Source: Negaprion brevirostris
Lineage: Eukaryota
DNA: 64,000 nt
Reading direction: 5' to 3'
Assembly (NCBI GenBank): GCA_030324005.1
Contig: JARDVH010000124.1
Coordinates: 34,537,076 to 34,601,075, forward strand
The notes beneath the pieces were generated by a model. It was not told where the DNA came from. It saw only the letters and a list, made by a program, of their open reading frames with translations, and made no database searches. The position numbers were made by a program, and so were the translations under genes. Numbering within the stretch: position 1 is the stretch's first letter; every line of letters begins with the position of its first letter. Shown piece by piece: positions 49,706 to 61,353 of this stretch.

Positions 49706-50689
49706 GCTACTTATACTGTGACTTTACCAGAGACAGCTGGTGGCCCGTTCATTTATTGGCCAATTGAGGCAATTAAGTATCCAGTTAATGGTCACTGAAG
49801 GCCATCCTCCTGCCACTGTTGGTATTTTACCCACTGAGGGAGGCTGACACCAAATATCCAGCCACCAAGTAAAACCTGGTAAACTAGGTAAATCTGCCAG
49901 GGGGATGGATGGCCCATCTCAAGCCAATTAGCTGCCTAATGGCCATAATACTTGCTCTTATTTCTATTTCAGACTGTTAGGGCAGCTGGTAACTTTCTTG
50001 TCTATGCCAACAAAGGTACAATAAAACCGTTATTGGATGCACTCATCCATAACAAGGTTGCCACAGAAAATGCAGGTGAAGCACAAAGGAGGCTGAGACT
50101 TGCTGGCAAGCAGAAGCAGTATTTCAGGTAGAAAGGAGATAAGGGCAAAATCACACACGCTAGGTGACCATAAACAGGGATGAGAGGGCCAGGTAGCCTG
50201 TAGAGGAGAGAACCAAAGTCTCTATGTATGACCCAGAGTAGCACTCATCACCCANNNNNNNCTGGGAAAAATAAAAACAGCGACCTTCCTGGGCCTTTTG
50301 GCCCCATTCCTGCTGGGCGGGCAGTGCTAATATCAGTGCTTTTGTTTTATTTTTCACATAAATGAAAGCCTGCATTGTAAAATGCAATGAAAGGTTTCTA
50401 TGGTAATGTAATTCATGAGTAGGATAATTAACAGGATCTGCTGGTGTGTGACAACTGATTTAATGGCATTTCTAGATAACAGCTGTGTGTTTGCATTTAT
50501 GATTCATATTCACTCTAAAGTGATCACTCCAGTCTTGAAAGATCCATGAACTGATGCAATTCTACTTGCTGATGTATTTGCTGATATATGTGTTTGATGG
50601 AATGTGGGAAGAAATTAAACTACAACCTAGCTATTGCTTTTTTGTATATTAGATGTGACAGTATGGCAGCTTAGTGGTATAGAGTTGTG

Positions 50690-51875
50690 AGGAAGTGACC
50701 GTGGAAATCCTCAACATTGACTTCAGACCCAATGAAGTCTCATGGCATCTGGTCAAAAATGGGCAAGGAAATCTCCAGCTAATTACCACTTACTGCTTTC
50801 CCTTAGCTGATGAATCAGTATTGTTCCTTGTCGAAAATCACTTGAAAGTTGCGTCACAGAATGCATTCTGGTTGGGGATGTCCAATGCCAAATATGACTC
50901 AATAACATTACTCCCGAACAAGGTAGCTAAGTCCTGAATGACGTAGCTGCCAGACCTGGCTTGCAGCAGTAAGTGAGAGAATGAACGCAAGGCCAAAACC
51001 TACTTGACCTCATCCTCACCCATCTGCTTGTCGTAGATGCACCCAGCAATCACAATATTGATAGAAGTGACTGTTTACAATCTGTGTGGAGGTACTGACC
51101 TGTCTTCATACTGAGGACACCCTCCATTGTGGTGTGCCATTATGCTAAATGGGAAAAATTGTAAGTGTTCAGTTCCATTCAAATAACGCAATATTTGCGT
51201 GCACTAGGACCTGATAAACATTCAGTTTTGGGCTATTAAGTGACCCTGTGGGTGACCATCATGCAGAAACTTAACAGGAGTAGCCACATAAATATTGTGC
51301 CTTCAAGAACAGGACCAAGACAGGATATTTATTGATGAATAATTTGCCTTTTGACTCCCCAAATCCTTTCTATCAAAGTCAGAAATGTGAAGGAATGCCT
51401 TCCACTTGCCCAGATGAGTGCAACTGCAACAACACTGAAGAAACTTGATGTCCTCTAGGATGAGCAGTCCATTTTTGATATCCCACACACCACTTTAACC
51501 ATTCAGTCGCTCCACCATCAACACAACGTGGCAACACAATATACCATCTATAAGATGTACAACAGCAACGTGCCAAAGCTTCTTTGACAGCACCTCCAAA
51601 ACCTGTGACTTCTACTGTCTAGATGGACAAAGGAAGTAGGCAAGTGAGACCACCACCATCAGCAAGCTGTCCTTAAAGCCACACATCATACCAACTTGGA
51701 AATATATCACCGTTCCTTCGTTGTTTTTAGGTCAAATTCCTGGAATTGCCTATCTAACAGCACTGCAGAAGTATCTTCCTGAGAGGAATTGCAACAATTG
51801 CACTTCTTCTCGAGGCCAATCATGAATGAGCAATAAATGTGGACCATGCCAGTGATACCCACATCTCACAAATTA
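50690..51875 (+). mobile_element. LINE (GGGCAATTAGG family), APE fragment fused to the 3' end
   Basis: EILNIDFRPNEVSWHLVKNGQGNLQLITTYCFPLADESVLFLVENHL; 3' end GCAATAAATGTGGACCATGCCAGTGATACCCACATCTC. Confidence 0.85.
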
Positions 51876-52024
51876 ATTTAAGATATCATTTGAGTTCAGT
51901 AGTTCAAGATGTAGGATTGTGCACCTGTTCCAGTTTACAACTGAACAAGGAGAAAGATTATTTCAAAAATTGGATTAACTGTAAAAACTTCATATTCCAG
52001 GTTCCTATATTTTCAAACAACAGC

Positions 52025-52332
52025 AGCACAGCACGGTAGCACTGTGGTTAGCACTGCTGCTTCATAGCTGTGTTCAATTCCTGGCTTGGGTCACTGTCTG
52101 TGTGGGGTGGGCACATTCTCCTCATATCTGCGTGGGTTTCCTCTGAGTGCTCCGGTTTCCTCCCACAGTCCAAAGGTGTGCGGGTTAGGTAAATTGGCCT
52201 TGCTANNNNNNNNNNGTTCGAGGATTAGTGGGTAAAATATGTAGAGATGAGGGGGTGGGGCCTGGTTGGGATTGTGGTCAGTGCAGACTCGATGGGCCAA
52301 ATGTCCTTTTTCTGCACTGTAGAGATTCTGTG
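52025..52332 (+). mobile_element. HE1 V-SINE (type a)
   Basis: GCACGGTAGCACTGTGGTTAGCACTGCTGC..GGGCCAAATGTCCTTTTTCTGCACTGTAGAGATTCT. Confidence 0.92.
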
Positions 52333-52879
52333 AAATGAGCAATGAGTTGTATGTAGCAAATACTTTTATATATTTCATACATTAACTTTATATTTCCATA
52401 CATTCAGCTAAAATTGTTGCCACGTCATTCTCATGAATGTTAAACTGAAATTCCCTGGAAAGACACATTTGATGACAAGCATGGTAAGTTGGTCTAGTGA
52501 GCCCCTTGATTCTCTAGTGATAAATTACTCCAAGATTCATTGGAGAAATCATTAGAATAGGTCTTGGTGAGAACAGTATTGATTCAGGACCAATGCAACT
52601 AATGACCAAGTTATTGATCCCACAACTCTAAAGGCTAAATAGGTGCGACGATCTCCAACTTGTTGTCATGCTGCATTAGATCAATGATTTATACCTGAAA
52701 AGGCGACACATTAAAATAAGAATATCACTTCATGATGGCCTGGCTGTTATGAGACAGGTTCTAATATCCAATGACACCTACAGTCTTGATCAGACAGTTT
52801 TGGAGAAAGATAACAATTTCTGATGTTTTGAAAATTTATTTATTTAGTTTTGGCCAGGTCATTGGAGGTAAAAATCAAA

Positions 52880-53170
52880 CATCAACCAACTGTTGCCTTC
52901 ATAAGGTACTTCAAGGATGTAATGTTAAAACCCAGCCCATTGTGCTGTCAGTGCAGCCAAAGACTCGATATTACTTGCAATTTTCCCCCAAACAGCAAGG
53001 AAATAAATAAGGAGATCATCTGTTTGAGGTGTTGATTGAAGGGAAAATGCGAGGCTGGTCAGCTGAACAACTTCCCTGGTCTTATTAAAATGGTCAAATG
53101 GAATCTTTTAAATCCATCTGTGAGGGGCAGATGCAGCCTCAGTTTAATATCTCATCAGAAAATTCACAAT
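52880..53170 (-). mobile_element. Deu-domain SINE (SacSINE1/AmnSINE1-like)
   Basis: Reverse reads GATGAGATATTAAACTGAGG..TCTGCCCCTCACAGATGGATTTAAAAGATTCCAT..CCTTCAATCAACACC..AACAGATGATCT..TTGCTGTTTG, the Deu central domain. Confidence 0.75.
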
Positions 53171-53329
53171 ACAGTTCACCAGAGACCATTAACCAGTGAC
53201 ATGGCATAGAACCCTGCCTGCAAATGTTTTCTTCCAAGTGCCACACAGTACGGTAGACAAAACTGGCATTGCCATCAGTGGGTTCAACACCACTTTCCTC
53301 ACTTTGTCAATCTTGGAGATGACTCTTGT

Positions 53330-53775
53330 CCTGCATTGTGTGTAGTTTTGGTCTCCTTACCTAAGGAAGGATATACTTGCCATAATGGAAATGTAATGAA
53401 GATTCATTCAACAGACCTATTCCTAGGCTGACAGGATTGTGCTTTGAGGAGGGATTGAGGAAACAAGGCCTGGATTCTATGATTCTATCGTTTAGAAAAA
53501 TGAGAGTGCCCTCATTGAGATAAAACAAAATTCTTACAGGACCAAGTACTTGTGGGAAGGATGTTTCCCCTGGCACAGAGGGTGATGAATCTTTGGAATT
53601 CTACATCCCACTGGGCTGTGGAGCCCCAGTCTATGAGTATGTTCAAAAGATCGATAGACCTTTGGTTATTAAAGATACCAAGAGAAATGGGGATAGTGCG
53701 GGAAAATAGCAGTGAGAAAGAAGATTAGCCATAATCTAGGTGAAGGCTTAAAGGCAGAATGGCCTACTCCTGCAG
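53330..53775 (+). mobile_element. CR1 LINE 3' part
   Basis: TTTTGGTCTCCTTACCTAAGGAAGGATATACTTGCC (FWSPYLRKDILA)..GAATGGCCTACTCCTGC. Confidence 0.9.
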
Positions 53776-54599
53776 ATATTTGCTCTGCTGTCAATGTCAA
53801 TTGTCCATCAGGCCCTGACAGACAGGTATCCTCGACTGGAGCTTACTCATCTCTGAGACGATTGCTGTCAGGCTGGAACATAACAGACTGCTGACTGAGA
53901 AATTCCTCACGATCCTGCCTTGAAGCCCAGCCCTTCGGGACCGGGAAGATACTACACATCATAAGCGACTCCATGTTAAGTGTTGTCCAAAATCAAACCA
54001 CGAACAATAACCTACATATTTATGCTGAAATAAAACTTACTAAGATGTGAATTGTCCAACAATCCTTGGACTGGATAAAAACATCTCATAAATTACTAAG
54101 CACAAAAGTTCCTGGATCACTCTTAAGTTTAACGTCTTGAAAATAACAGTTTGATGCAACCACCTGTGTCTTTCAAGAAATTGGTTCATTTGCACATAAA
54201 ATGACAAATAGACCTGAGGAAGTGTATGATTTAACAGCGTAGGTATCTATTTAATTATGTCACTCAACTTGTCCACCCCAGAAAGGAAGCAATTTAAAGT
54301 GAGGTCTTGTTATAGAGGTTAAAAATTGTTGGAGATTCTCATAATGTTCCTATCTATTCCTTTCCCTCTTAATCCAATCTTTCTTTCCCTTCTAACCTTT
54401 AGACTTTATTTGACAAAGGAAAAGATCATTGGTCCAATCCTTCACCAAGGTGTCAGGTTCCCTGTTGTCGTCACCATGTTGTAACATGCTCACGTTGCAA
54501 GGCAGAACTTTTCAATCTAAAATGCGAGGGGAAAAAAATGCCACAAAGCGTCCTACTCTGTCAAAATCTGGGCCAATAAAGTTAAACTGTATTGCAAGT

Positions 54600-54760
54600 T
54601 AAGTAATGAACAGTTTAATTTTAGAAGCAGGCAGGGACTGTTTGATTTGCGAGTGATTTATGAAAAAGAAATACATGTGATCACAAAAGTATATCTGCTT
54701 TATAGGTCGTGAGAAAGTATTTGACAGGATGAAACATGAAAAATCAATCCTGAACCAGTA
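54600..54760 (+). mobile_element. RTE-clade RT fragment, 5' piece
   Basis: EQFNFRSRQG..LFDLRVIYEK..YICFIGREKVFDRMKHEK (cf. YICFIDYEKAFDRVKH). Confidence 0.75.
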
Positions 54761-54769
54761 CGTTTCTGT

Positions 54770-56680
54770 GGAGGATGCTGGAAGTCTGAAATAAAAACAG
54801 GAGACACTGAAAATACTCAGAATATGTCACACAACATCTGTGGAGAGAGGAACAGCGTTAACATTTAAAGCAAATGACCTTTCATCAGAACTGGGAAAAG
54901 AGATATGACAGGTTTTAGGCAAGAACAGAGACTGGGAAAGTGAGGGAAGGGCAGGAGGAACAAATTGACATGGCTGTGATAGGCTGGAAGATAGGAAAGA
55001 TTGAATGACAAAATGAGTAATAATGTAAGACAAAAATGAGTGGCAATAAGGGATGATGAAACTAACAAAAAATGGGTTCAAAGGAACTGAAAATGACAAA
55101 AGCCAAATTGTTACCAACATCTACCATGTGAAAAACTGGGAGCAATAGAAATTATTAAATTTAATATTAAATGCAGAAGGCTGCAAAGTGCCTAGTTGAA
55201 AGATAAGGTATTGTTGCTTAAGCTTCCATTGCAATAAATTTTTAGAATAATGTGGGAGGCCAACAAAAGAGTGGTCAGAATGAATTAAAATGTCAGGTGA
55301 CTGACCGGTCACAGTCACTCTTGTGGACTGAATAGAGCTGACCCACACAACAGTCGTCCAATCTGTGTTCGATCTCCTCAAAGTAACGCAGACCACAATA
55401 CATGCAGAAAACGTAGAGCCTGGTGGGTTGGAAGGTGAGGATAAGGTGAACCCCATTTTGATGCTGCGTAGGAGGGAAAGACATGAGAGCAGGAGTACTG
55501 AAAACAGGATTGACAGGGCTGAGGGTCCTGTCAGCCTGGATGGACGAGAATTCTCAGCTGAGAAAATAGAAAACATGTCAGAAGTATGGGAAGTGGCATC
55601 ATCAAAATCAATATAACAAAGAAGGGGAATCTCAGAATAGAATACAGGGAGTGGGGTCAGAGGACATATAATCAAGGTAGCTGCGAGAGTGACTGTTAGC
55701 AGATCAACAGCCCATTTAAAAATGGAAATTAGGAAGTCAAGGAAGAGAGTGGAAGAACTGAAAGTAAAAAGCTGAGTTAGGAGCAGAAATTAGAAGCAAA
55801 ATTGATAATTTTTCTAGTTAGGAAGAGAGCAGGAATTGTCCTGATGACAGCTGATGTTCTGGAAAAAGAGATGAGGGGGGGACTTGAGTAGAACTGGTAC
55901 AAATAATGTTCCATGTATGCCAGAAAGATGTAGACATAGCTGGGCCTCCAATAGATTCCCATAGAGACAACTTTTATTTGGAAAAAGTGTGTGGAAACAA
56001 AGGTGAAGTTGTTCAACGTGAGGACAAGTTCAGCCAGGCAGATGGTGGTGGCTAGGAACTGATTTGGCCTCTATTCAAAGAAGAAATGAGTGACTCTTAT
56101 GCTGTCCAGATAGGGTATGGAGAGCTCATTGGTTGGTAATTGAGGACAGGAGTGGAGGTCATTGGAGGAGTTGTGGATGTAGGCAGATGGGAGGCACAGT
56201 GGTTAGCATTACTGCCTCACAGAGCTAGAGACTTGGGTTCGAATCCAGCCTTGGGTGGCTGTGTGGAGTTTGCACATTTTTTCTGTGTCTGCTCGGATTT
56301 CCTCCAGGTGTTCTGGTTTTCTCCCACAGTCTGAAAAACTGCACGTGGATTGGCCATGCCGAATTACCCCATGTGGTAGGTTAGTGGATTAGTGGAGTAA
56401 ATATGTGGGGTTCCCCGGATAGGGCGGGGGGAAGCGGGGTGGATTTGGTAAGATGCTGTGTTACAGGATCCATACAAACTCGAGGTCAAATGGCCTCTTT
56501 CTGTGCTGTAGGGATTTTATGATTTTATGAAAGGGATTGGACAAGGGAGTTGAGATTAGAATAATTCAATCCCATGGGGAAAAATATAAGGCTAGAATGA
56601 CTGAACTCCAGGGCTGTTTGCATATCTTGTGATGAGGGTTATGTGAGGTTAGAAGTCTGTGAAGCTGGAGCCCATTGATA
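54770..56680 (-). mobile_element. Penelope-like element (RT, GIY-YIG, pLTR), decayed
   Basis: RT NNFTFVSTHFFQIKVVSMG..PSYVYIFLAYME; endonuclease tail KLKQQYLIFQLGTLQPSAFNIKFNNF; pLTR TTCTGATGAAAGGTCA. Confidence 0.88.
56188..56530 (+). mobile_element. HE1 V-SINE nested in Penelope
   Basis: GGCACAGTGGTTAGCATTACTGCCTCACAG..GGGTTCGAATCC..AATGGCCTCTTTCTGTGCTGTAGGGATTTTATG. Confidence 0.92.
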
Positions 56681-56699
56681 CACTGCAGAATTGAAATTT

Positions 56700-56990
56700 C
56701 ATAGAAATGCTGACTGGAATCAACAGGTAACATTGAGAGTTGACAATGGGTTAATCACAATCAGAAGAGGTCTTTCAACTGAACTCCTCTTTGCAAATAT
56801 TTTGAATTCATTATGAGAAACAGTCTGATTTAGAATTTGAACACCAGATCAATAAAAATCGATAAACAATCTGCAATATGAACAATGGTCCAAAACAGAT
56901 TCTAGTTGCACAAGAAAAACAAGAGACACTTGAGAAAGAAAGAGATTTGGAATATAGATTGAAAATAAATGCTAAATTTCTGCAGGCAAT
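56700..56990 (+). mobile_element. RTE-clade RT fragment, 3' piece
   Basis: WNQQVTLRVDNG..ITIRRG..INNLQY..LKINAK. Confidence 0.6.
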
Positions 56991-57174
56991 ACAATCACAA
57001 GGAAGGAGGACCTCTTTAAATATTGATATTAGAGTGATTGGTACGAAGTGGCGAAGTGGATTTCTGTTGTTTACTTGGATAGTGAAATATCATCAAATAG
57101 CCAAAGCAATGAGACACTAAAGCGAGGATATTAATTTTAAAAGAGGTATTTAACAACAAGAAAGTATTTTTTTT

Positions 57175-57720
57175 TATTGTTTCATAAGATGTGGGCATCA
57201 TTGACTAGGGCAGCATTTACTGCCCATCCTTGAGAAGATACTGGTGAGCTGCCTTCCTGAACCGCTGCAATCCATACATTGTAGGCACACCCACAGTGCT
57301 GTTGGGATGGAGTTACAGGATTTTGAGCCAGTGACAGTGAAGGAACAGTGATACATATCCAAGTGAGTTTGGCCTGTGACATGGACAGGGACTTGCAGGT
57401 AGTGGTGTTTCCATGCACCAGCTACCCTTGCCCTTTTAGGTGGTAGAGGTCACAGATTTAAAAGGTGCTCTCAAAGGAGCCTTGGTGAGTTGCTGCGGCA
57501 TATCTTAGATGGCACTCACTGCTGCCACTGTGCCAGTGTGGATGGAGTGAATGTTTGCGGATGGGGTGCCAATCAAGAGGGCTGCTTTGTCCTGAATGGT
57601 GTCAAGTTTCTTCAGTGTTTTTGGAATTGTACTCATCCAGACAAGCAGAGGTCATTCCATCACACTTGTGTCTTATACCTTGTAGATATTGGAGTCAGGT
57701 GGTGAGTTCCTGCCACAGAG
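57175..57720 (-). mobile_element. LINE 3' part (GGGCAATTAGG family)
   Basis: GATGTGGGCATCATTGACTAGGGCAGCATTTACTGCCCATCC..CCAGTGACAGTGAAGGAACAG. Confidence 0.88.
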
Positions 57721-58119
57721 TTAGTGATCAGTAGTGGATAAAAGTGGAGTCCTTAATTGCAATGTAGAGTCAATGACATTGGTTGGGATTTTCCAGCCTC
57801 GCCATGGTAAGACCAGGTGGGACTGCAAAACGTGGTGAGCCAGCCTGAAGTCTGTTGACTTAAGTGGCACGAATAAATCCTGCCTTTNNNNNNNNNNNNN
57901 NNNNNNNNNNNNNNNNNNCTGTGTGGATGTGAAAATTGGAAGCTGACCTCTGAAAGGTGAGTCACGGTGAAATATGTTGCTGCAGTTGCATATTAAAAAT
58001 TGATAGGTCAAGAATAATAATTAATCAGAGGCCCTCAATCACACCTATAGCATTAGAAAACTAAAGACATGGAAACATGAGGCAATATTGCCTTTTATTT
58101 CTGAATTATAGTAATATTT

Positions 58120-58720
58120 TGTTAGCCATTGCTGAGAACTGAGCATAACTAACAAGGCCAACTTTAATTGCCTATCTCTATTTGCCTGTGAGAAGGTTTG
58201 ATGTGCAGCATTTTTGAACTGCTGCAGTCCATGAGGTGTTGGTATTTCCACACTGCTGTTGGGGAGAAGGAGGGGAGTGGGCGGGCAGGAGTCCCTCATG
58301 TTGATTTTTTCACAGTCTGGTGCAGACCAGAATAGAAATGATGTGCTTCAGTGGTTGGTCATTTTCATCATTAGTACTACTATCAAGCCACTCTTGGCAA
58401 TGGACATTGAAGTCCCCCTCCCTTAATCACTACCCTCAGTGTTTCCTTCCAGGTGGTGTTCAACATGGATGAGTAGTGATTCATCAGCTGAGGGAGGACA
58501 GTAAGTAGCAATCAGCAGGGGGTTTCCTTGCCTGTGTCTACCCTGATGTCATTAGCCTTCATGCGGTCCAGAATCCATGTTGAGGGCTCCTAGGGCCATT
58601 CCCTTTCAATTGTACATCACTGTGTTGCTACCTCTGGTTAGTCTGTTCAAGCAATGGGACAGGGCATACAAAGAGATAGTATTGGAGGAATTTGAATATT
58701 GGCTAAAAGGCACAATTCTG
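58120..58720 (-). mobile_element. LINE 3' end fused to APE fragment (same family)
   Basis: TTAATTGCC..TTGAACTGCTGCAGTCCATG; GACATTGAAGTCCCC..GATTCATCAGCTGAGGGAGG..AATCAGCAGG. Confidence 0.8.
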
Positions 58721-58794
58721 ATTATTGGGCTTGTTTCCATTTGAAAATTTGATGGCAGTAATTATTTGGCTCTTGGTATGTAGCCTTGTAGGTT

Positions 58795-58915
58795 ACAGCA
58801 CTTTTGAAATATATTGAGGAAATGTAGTTGGGGAAAGGGTCATGAATTGCTGTCAATCAGTATGGACTCAATAGGCTGAATGGCCTCCCTCAGTGCTATG
58901 ATTCTGTGATTCTAA
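58795..58915 (+). mobile_element. CR1 3' tail fragment
   Basis: GGACTCAATAGGCTGAATGGCCTCCCTCAGTGCTATGATTCTGTGATTCTA. Confidence 0.7.
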
Positions 58916-59414
58916 TAGTTGAATGCAAGGGAGGGCAAGAATGAAGAAATGTTATCCTCCTTTCGGAATATTTATTCCATTTTTCCATTCTGGTTGAGTA
59001 TCACTTGATGAAATTGACAGAAACCAAACAAACAAAACCTGCCAGTTTTACACTCCTCGAGATGATAATGATCTATTTAGCCATCTGAAGTGTTCAAATT
59101 GGTAATCTAGCACTTTATTCAGGGAAGTGGTGTTTTTTTGAAAATGTGCGCACATCCTGGTTTGCATCCCAAGCATTATGTTTTCTCTTTCAAGGAAATA
59201 CATTCAACTTCACCTGATCCTGCTGCCACAGCTCAGCCCACTCCCTGCCAGCATTATGTAATTCACCACCACTTAACTGCCCTCAATAAAATGTATTTTT
59301 TTAAATTATTTGTGCTCGACATCGGAACAATTCTGGCCAGGCTCCATTTACTGAGCCCCCAGTTGCATCTGAATGTATGGAGGACCTTTGCCTTAATCCC
59401 AATCCCTCATGGTT

Positions 59415-59727
59415 AGAATCCCACAGAATTCCTACAGTGCAGAAGGAGGGCAATTAAGCCCATTGAGTCTGCCCCAACTCCTCCATCCTATACTGTAATC
59501 CTGCGCTTTTACCATGGCTAATCCATCTAGGCTAAACATCTTTGGATAATTTACCATGGCCACCTAACTGCACATATTTGGACTGTGGGAGGAAACTGGA
59601 GCATCTGGAGGAAAGCCATACATATGCGGGACGAACATGCAAACTTCACACGGACAGACAACTAAGACCAGAATCAAGCCTGGGTCCCTGGTGCTATGAG
59701 GCATCAGTGCTAGCCATTGTGCTGCCC
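59415..59727 (-). mobile_element. HE1 V-SINE (type a)
   Basis: CCTACAGTGCAGAAGGAGG..TTTGGACTGTGGGAGGAAAC..GTGCTAGCCATTGTGC. Confidence 0.9.
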
Positions 59728-60049
59728 ATCTTCGATGATGGTGCTCGGGAAAGAATCCCAAAATGACAATGATAGAATGAATATATATGTCCAATTCACA
59801 ATGCTTTATTTCCTGAAGGGGAACTTAAACCTTCTTTTTCCCTTATCAGTGTTAAAGGTGGGAGGGTAAACTCAACTTTATTTCTAGTAAAATCTTTCAG
59901 TGCCTTCTATAGATTATACACACAGCAGCCAGAGTTTGCTGGTGATAAGAGAGAGTGGATATTGAGTGCAGTGGCAAGGGCCACAGTCATGTATAATCTA
60001 CTGCCTTGATTACGTTGGGATTCTTGAGCATTGTTGGCACTAAATGTCA

Positions 60050-60160
60050 TCAGAACTCCCACCCACCTGACGAAGGAACAGCCAGTTCCAAAAGCGAGTG
60101 GCGTTTGCGACAGACAAACCTGTTGGACTTTAACCTGGTGTATGAGACTTCTTATGGCAC
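60050..60160 (+). mobile_element. Penelope solo pLTR with decayed hammerhead core
   Basis: CACCTGACGAAGGAACAGCCAGTTCCAAAAGC..AAACCTGTTGGACTTTAACCTGGTG..GAGACTTCTTA, same family as 45352-45430. Confidence 0.8.
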
Positions 60161-60250
60161 TAAATATATCCAGAGGCATGGTCAGTATTCTGTTGTACTC
60201 ATCATATGAGCCTTGTCAATATGGGTAGGCATTGAGAGGTCAGGAGGTTT

Positions 60251-60545
60251 TCATAGAACATTACAGCGCAGTACAGGCCCTTCAGCCCTCGATATTGTGC
60301 CGACCAGTGGAACCAATCTAATGACCCTCTAACCTAAACTATTCCNNNNNNNNNNNNNNNNNNNNNNNNNNNNNNNNNNNNNNNNNNNNNNNNNNNNNNN
60401 NNNNNNNNNNNNNNNNNNNNNNNNNNNNNNNNNNNNNNNNNNNNNTTTATTTCCCTCTAGATGATTATAAATCCTATCCCTTATAATTCTTTCCAAAACT
60501 TTGCCCACAACAGAAGTAAGGCCCACCAGTCTATAGTTTTCAGTC
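60251..60545 (-). mobile_element. Young CR1/HER1 copy collapsed across an N-gap
   Basis: 3' end CATAGAACATTACAGCGCAGTACAGGCCCTTC; RT NYRLVGLTSVVGKVLERIIRDRIYNHLE. Confidence 0.9.
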
Positions 60546-60559
60546 AATCCAGCCTCTAA

Positions 60560-60980
60560 CCTGTACTAATATTGATGTGGTTGGTCTAGTTAATCTTGTG
60601 GTCAAGAGTATTGCTTCAGGTATTGATGATTGGGAACTTATGGATGCTGTTGAAGGCTTGGAGAAGGTGGCTCGGTTTCTCTTGTTGAAAATGAACATTA
60701 CCAGCACTTAAATGTCATGAAACCTTCTACTTATCAGTTTAAGTTTGGGTATCATCCATCTCCTGCCAGAGACGTTATTGAAAGAGTAATGATTATAAAT
60801 GTGGAACAGTGAACAGTTCACTCCTGACTTTATGATGTTGAGAAGGTCATTAATAAAACAGCCGAAGGTGACTGAGAAGAACTTGCTCGGCCAAGGAATC
60901 CTGCAGTGGTGTCTTCGGGCAATGATTGACCTCAAACAATATAACAGTTTCACTGGAAGGTTTTCCTTTAACCCCCAGGT
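60560..60980 (-). mobile_element. Old LINE ORF2 fragment
   Basis: Minus frame FFSVTFGCFINDLLNIIKSGV (cf. FSCFINDLPSIIRSEV). Confidence 0.7.
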
Positions 60981-60999
60981 AGTAAAGAAAGTTATAAAT

Positions 61000-61265
61000 A
61001 ATCTAAAGTATATGAATGGGGAAGAGTAATATTTGGAAGATGTGATTTAGGCACCACAGATAGAGGGAGAACAAAAAGGTGTATCTAAAAAATCAGAAGA
61101 GAAAAGTAAGAAATGAGTAAGAAAAACATTTGAGGTGAAGGATAGTTTAGGATATATGACCTAAGTAAGCAATTAGTAAACATGAGGAGTAAAAAGAGCA
61201 AATTGAATGAACTGCAAATTCAACCTAAAAGTTACAACATGGTAACCATTACTGAGGCATGAAAA
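61000..61265 (+). mobile_element. Old CR1 ORF1/APE junction fragment
   Basis: NMRSKKSKLNELQ..YNMVTITEA* (cf. NARSIRNK.DEL..YDIVAITETW). Confidence 0.5.
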
Positions 61266-61353
61266 TCTTTTAGACTCTTGATAGCTTAAAAGTAGAGACA
61301 ACCTTCAGCGAAAGCAATCAATATTGCCTGTTCAATACAGTATCACCCTAAAG

